A stretch of 64,000 nt of DNA from Octopus bimaculoides (lineage: Eukaryota): contig NC_068985.1 of NCBI RefSeq assembly GCF_001194135.2, forward strand, positions 31,370,121-31,434,120, read 5' to 3'. This document shows positions 62,110 to 64,000 of the stretch, one piece after another (within the stretch, counting starts at the first letter, position 1; each line of letters opens with the position of its first letter). The notes beneath the pieces were generated by a model. It did not search any database. It saw only the letters and a list, made by a program, of their open reading frames with translations, and was not told the origin of the DNA. Position numbers and translations under genes: made by a program.

Positions 62110-62535
62110 TTTATTCTTTTACTTGTTTCAGTCATTTGACTGCGGCCATGCTGGAGCACCATCTTTAGTCGAGCAAATTGACCCCAGGACTTATTTTTTA
62201 GAAGCCTAGTACTTATTCTATCGGATCCCTTTTGCCGAACCGCTAAGTTACGGGGACATAAACATACTATCATCGGTTGTCAAGCAATGTTGGGGGGACA
62301 AACACAAATACACAAACATATACACACACATACATATACACACACATACATATATATATATATATGTATACATATATACGACGGGCTTCTTTCAGTTTCC
62401 ATCTACCAAATCCATTCACAAGGCTTTGGTCGGCCCGAGGCTATAGTAGAAGACACTTGCCCAAGGTGCCACGCAGTGGGAATGAACCCAGAACCATGTG
62501 GTTGGTAAGCAAGCTACTTACCACACAGCCACTCC
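62110..62535 (-). mobile_element. Well-preserved SINE
   Basis: Complete reverse copy including head (GGTTCATTCCCACTGCGTGGCACCTTGGGCAAG), central microsatellite and tail. Confidence 0.8.
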
Positions 62536-63132
62536 TTAAATATTTACCATGGGAGCAGTTCATGAAAATGAAGACAAAATTAGTTAAATGCTAAAGTAGC
62601 TACTCCAGTTATTGTTTGCACATTGTTTTCTCATAGACCTTGATGTAATGTTTTATACAGAATGTCTCCTGATTGTGTGGTTTGACAATCAGACGGGATG
62701 TAAAATATCAATAAATATGTTGATTATTCAAGCAAAACGTAAATACTTGTATGATGATTTGCAGTAAGAGGAAGGTACAACTTCTGATGCAGAACCTTTT
62801 CCAGTTAGTAAAGGCTCATTTGATAGGTTTACGAGATGCCTAATTTTCACAAATATTAACGCATGTAGTTATGCGCATGTACACACACACACATTATGTA
62901 TGCGCCATCCTGAAAATAATGTAAAAGTGGGCATAGCTATTTTTTATTAATTGACATAGATTGTTCATGTTGGTAGAGTAAGTATTCCAGGAAATAAAGT
63001 TACTACTCAACATAGTCACCATCACAGATGATGCATTTGCGCCATTGTCAAACCTAACTCTCAAATCATCTTTGAAAAAATTCAGGTGTGCACAATTGTA
63101 CCCACTTCTTCATCTGTGTCACTGAACATGTG

Positions 63133-63448
63133 GACAATTTTTTACATGAAATAAATCCGAATACAAAAATTTTTTTCTGTTCTATAACACAAAATAGATA
63201 AGTATACGAAGTTTGAAAGTCTTTCGGTACCAAAAACACTACATAAAACATAAATGAAAGCTGGTGCCCCCGTTTTGAACAAGATCCCTATTTTGTGTTA
63301 TAGAACAGAAAAAAAAATTTGTATTCGGATTTATTTCATGTAAAAAATTGTCTTATTTCGATAATTTCAACCAATCACTGACAAGTATTCAGCTGTTTAC
63401 ACTTACTCCTTTGGCAGTTTAAGCGGTGTAAAGCGTATTTAATCTCCA
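63133..63448. mobile_element. Rearranged GGATCT-family MITE (inverted left end fused to an internal fragment)
   Basis: 63133-63287 is the reverse of the element's left end; 63288-63448 is forward internal sequence. Confidence 0.85.
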
Positions 63449-63676
63449 TTACTTCTGACATTTTGCAGAGCCAACACACGTCTTTTTCTTGTGCTAAGGA
63501 GGATATATTGGTTTTTCCATCGAGATTTTGTTTGCTGTTGCGGTGTGAGTTCGTGTCTGTCTAGCTCTCTGTATTGAATAACTGTTTGGATAACTGTTGG
63601 TATACAGTTGTTTTCGCCCTACGGGGCGAGGGGTTCCCTGTAAAAACTTTATTTGTGTTTTTGTCTTTTGACAAGT

Positions 63677-64000
63677 ATGGCTACTCTAATTGTAGCGGAG
63701 GGTGTCCTTCCCATGGAGGAGGAAAGTGTGTGTAAAGGTGTTTCCAGAGGAGGGCCAGGTTTTGCGCAGGCCTTTGGAGGTGACTCCGTTGAAGTAGAAA
63801 TGACAAGGGAGAGTCTGTATGCATACCGGAAATATGTACAGGGGGTGGATGGTGAAACGAAGCTGGTTCCACCACCCGAGGCAGTCAGCGCAATTGGGGA
63901 GAGAATTGTGGTGTACAGGGTGTTCGACATTAAGGAGGGGAAAATTGCAGAGGCGCGTAGTGAGCTGGTGGAGCTGTGTTTGGCGCCAATTTGGTCGAGG
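63677..64000 (+). CDS. Unidentified ORF open to the window edge, probably ORF1 of a non-LTR retrotransposon
   Basis: 108 codons without a stop: MATLIVAEGVLPMEEESVCKGVSRGGPGFAQAFGGDSVEVEMTRESLYAYRKYVQGVDGETKLVPPPEAVSAIGERIVVYRVFDIKEGKIAEARSELVELCLAPIWSR; visibly more G-rich than its surroundings; no motif recognised. Confidence 0.45.
   Translation, partial: MATLIVAEGVLPMEEESVCKGVSRGGPGFAQAFGGDSVEVEMTRESLYAYRKYVQGVDGETKLVPPPEAVSAIGERIVVYRVFDIKEGKIAEARSELVELCLAPIWSR

Overview
AT-rich eukaryotic genomic DNA with six assembly N-gaps (5478-6236, 15712-15758, 18502-18721, 25305-25653, 30659-30853, 56223-56729). The repeat content (RTE-derived (GAT)n-tailed SINE/LINE ends, tRNA-headed SINEs, dense microsatellites) suggests an octopus; this is an inference. 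I built three protein-coding genes by hand with phase-consistent splicing. (1) TMEM218-like ciliary transition-zone protein, minus strand, 3 coding exons, 117 aa; it is absent from the ORF track and needs a GC-AG intron. (2) PRDM10, minus strand, 13 coding exons, 1488 aa, with zinc knuckle, PR/SET domain and 12 C2H2 fingers. (3) ANAPC13, plus strand, one coding exon, 75 aa. The rest is mostly transposon-derived: a small two-LTR element with a triplicated tRNA-Trp primer-binding site, a related solo LTR, a complete but dead mariner inside PRDM10, piggyBac, RTE, Gypsy and Penelope-like remnants, and at least four distinct GG-terminated MITE families with 8-bp target-site duplications. Several MITEs carry TTAGGG-like cores or form long hairpins. 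An unidentified GC-rich ORF runs off the right edge. I found no clearly new biological system. The most notable oddities are a 77-bp copy of PRDM10 zinc-finger coding sequence downstream of the gene, the multi-PBS LTR element, overlapping uORFs in the PRDM10 leader, an RFX X-box beside the TMEM218 start codon, and the foldback cluster between PRDM10 and ANAPC13.
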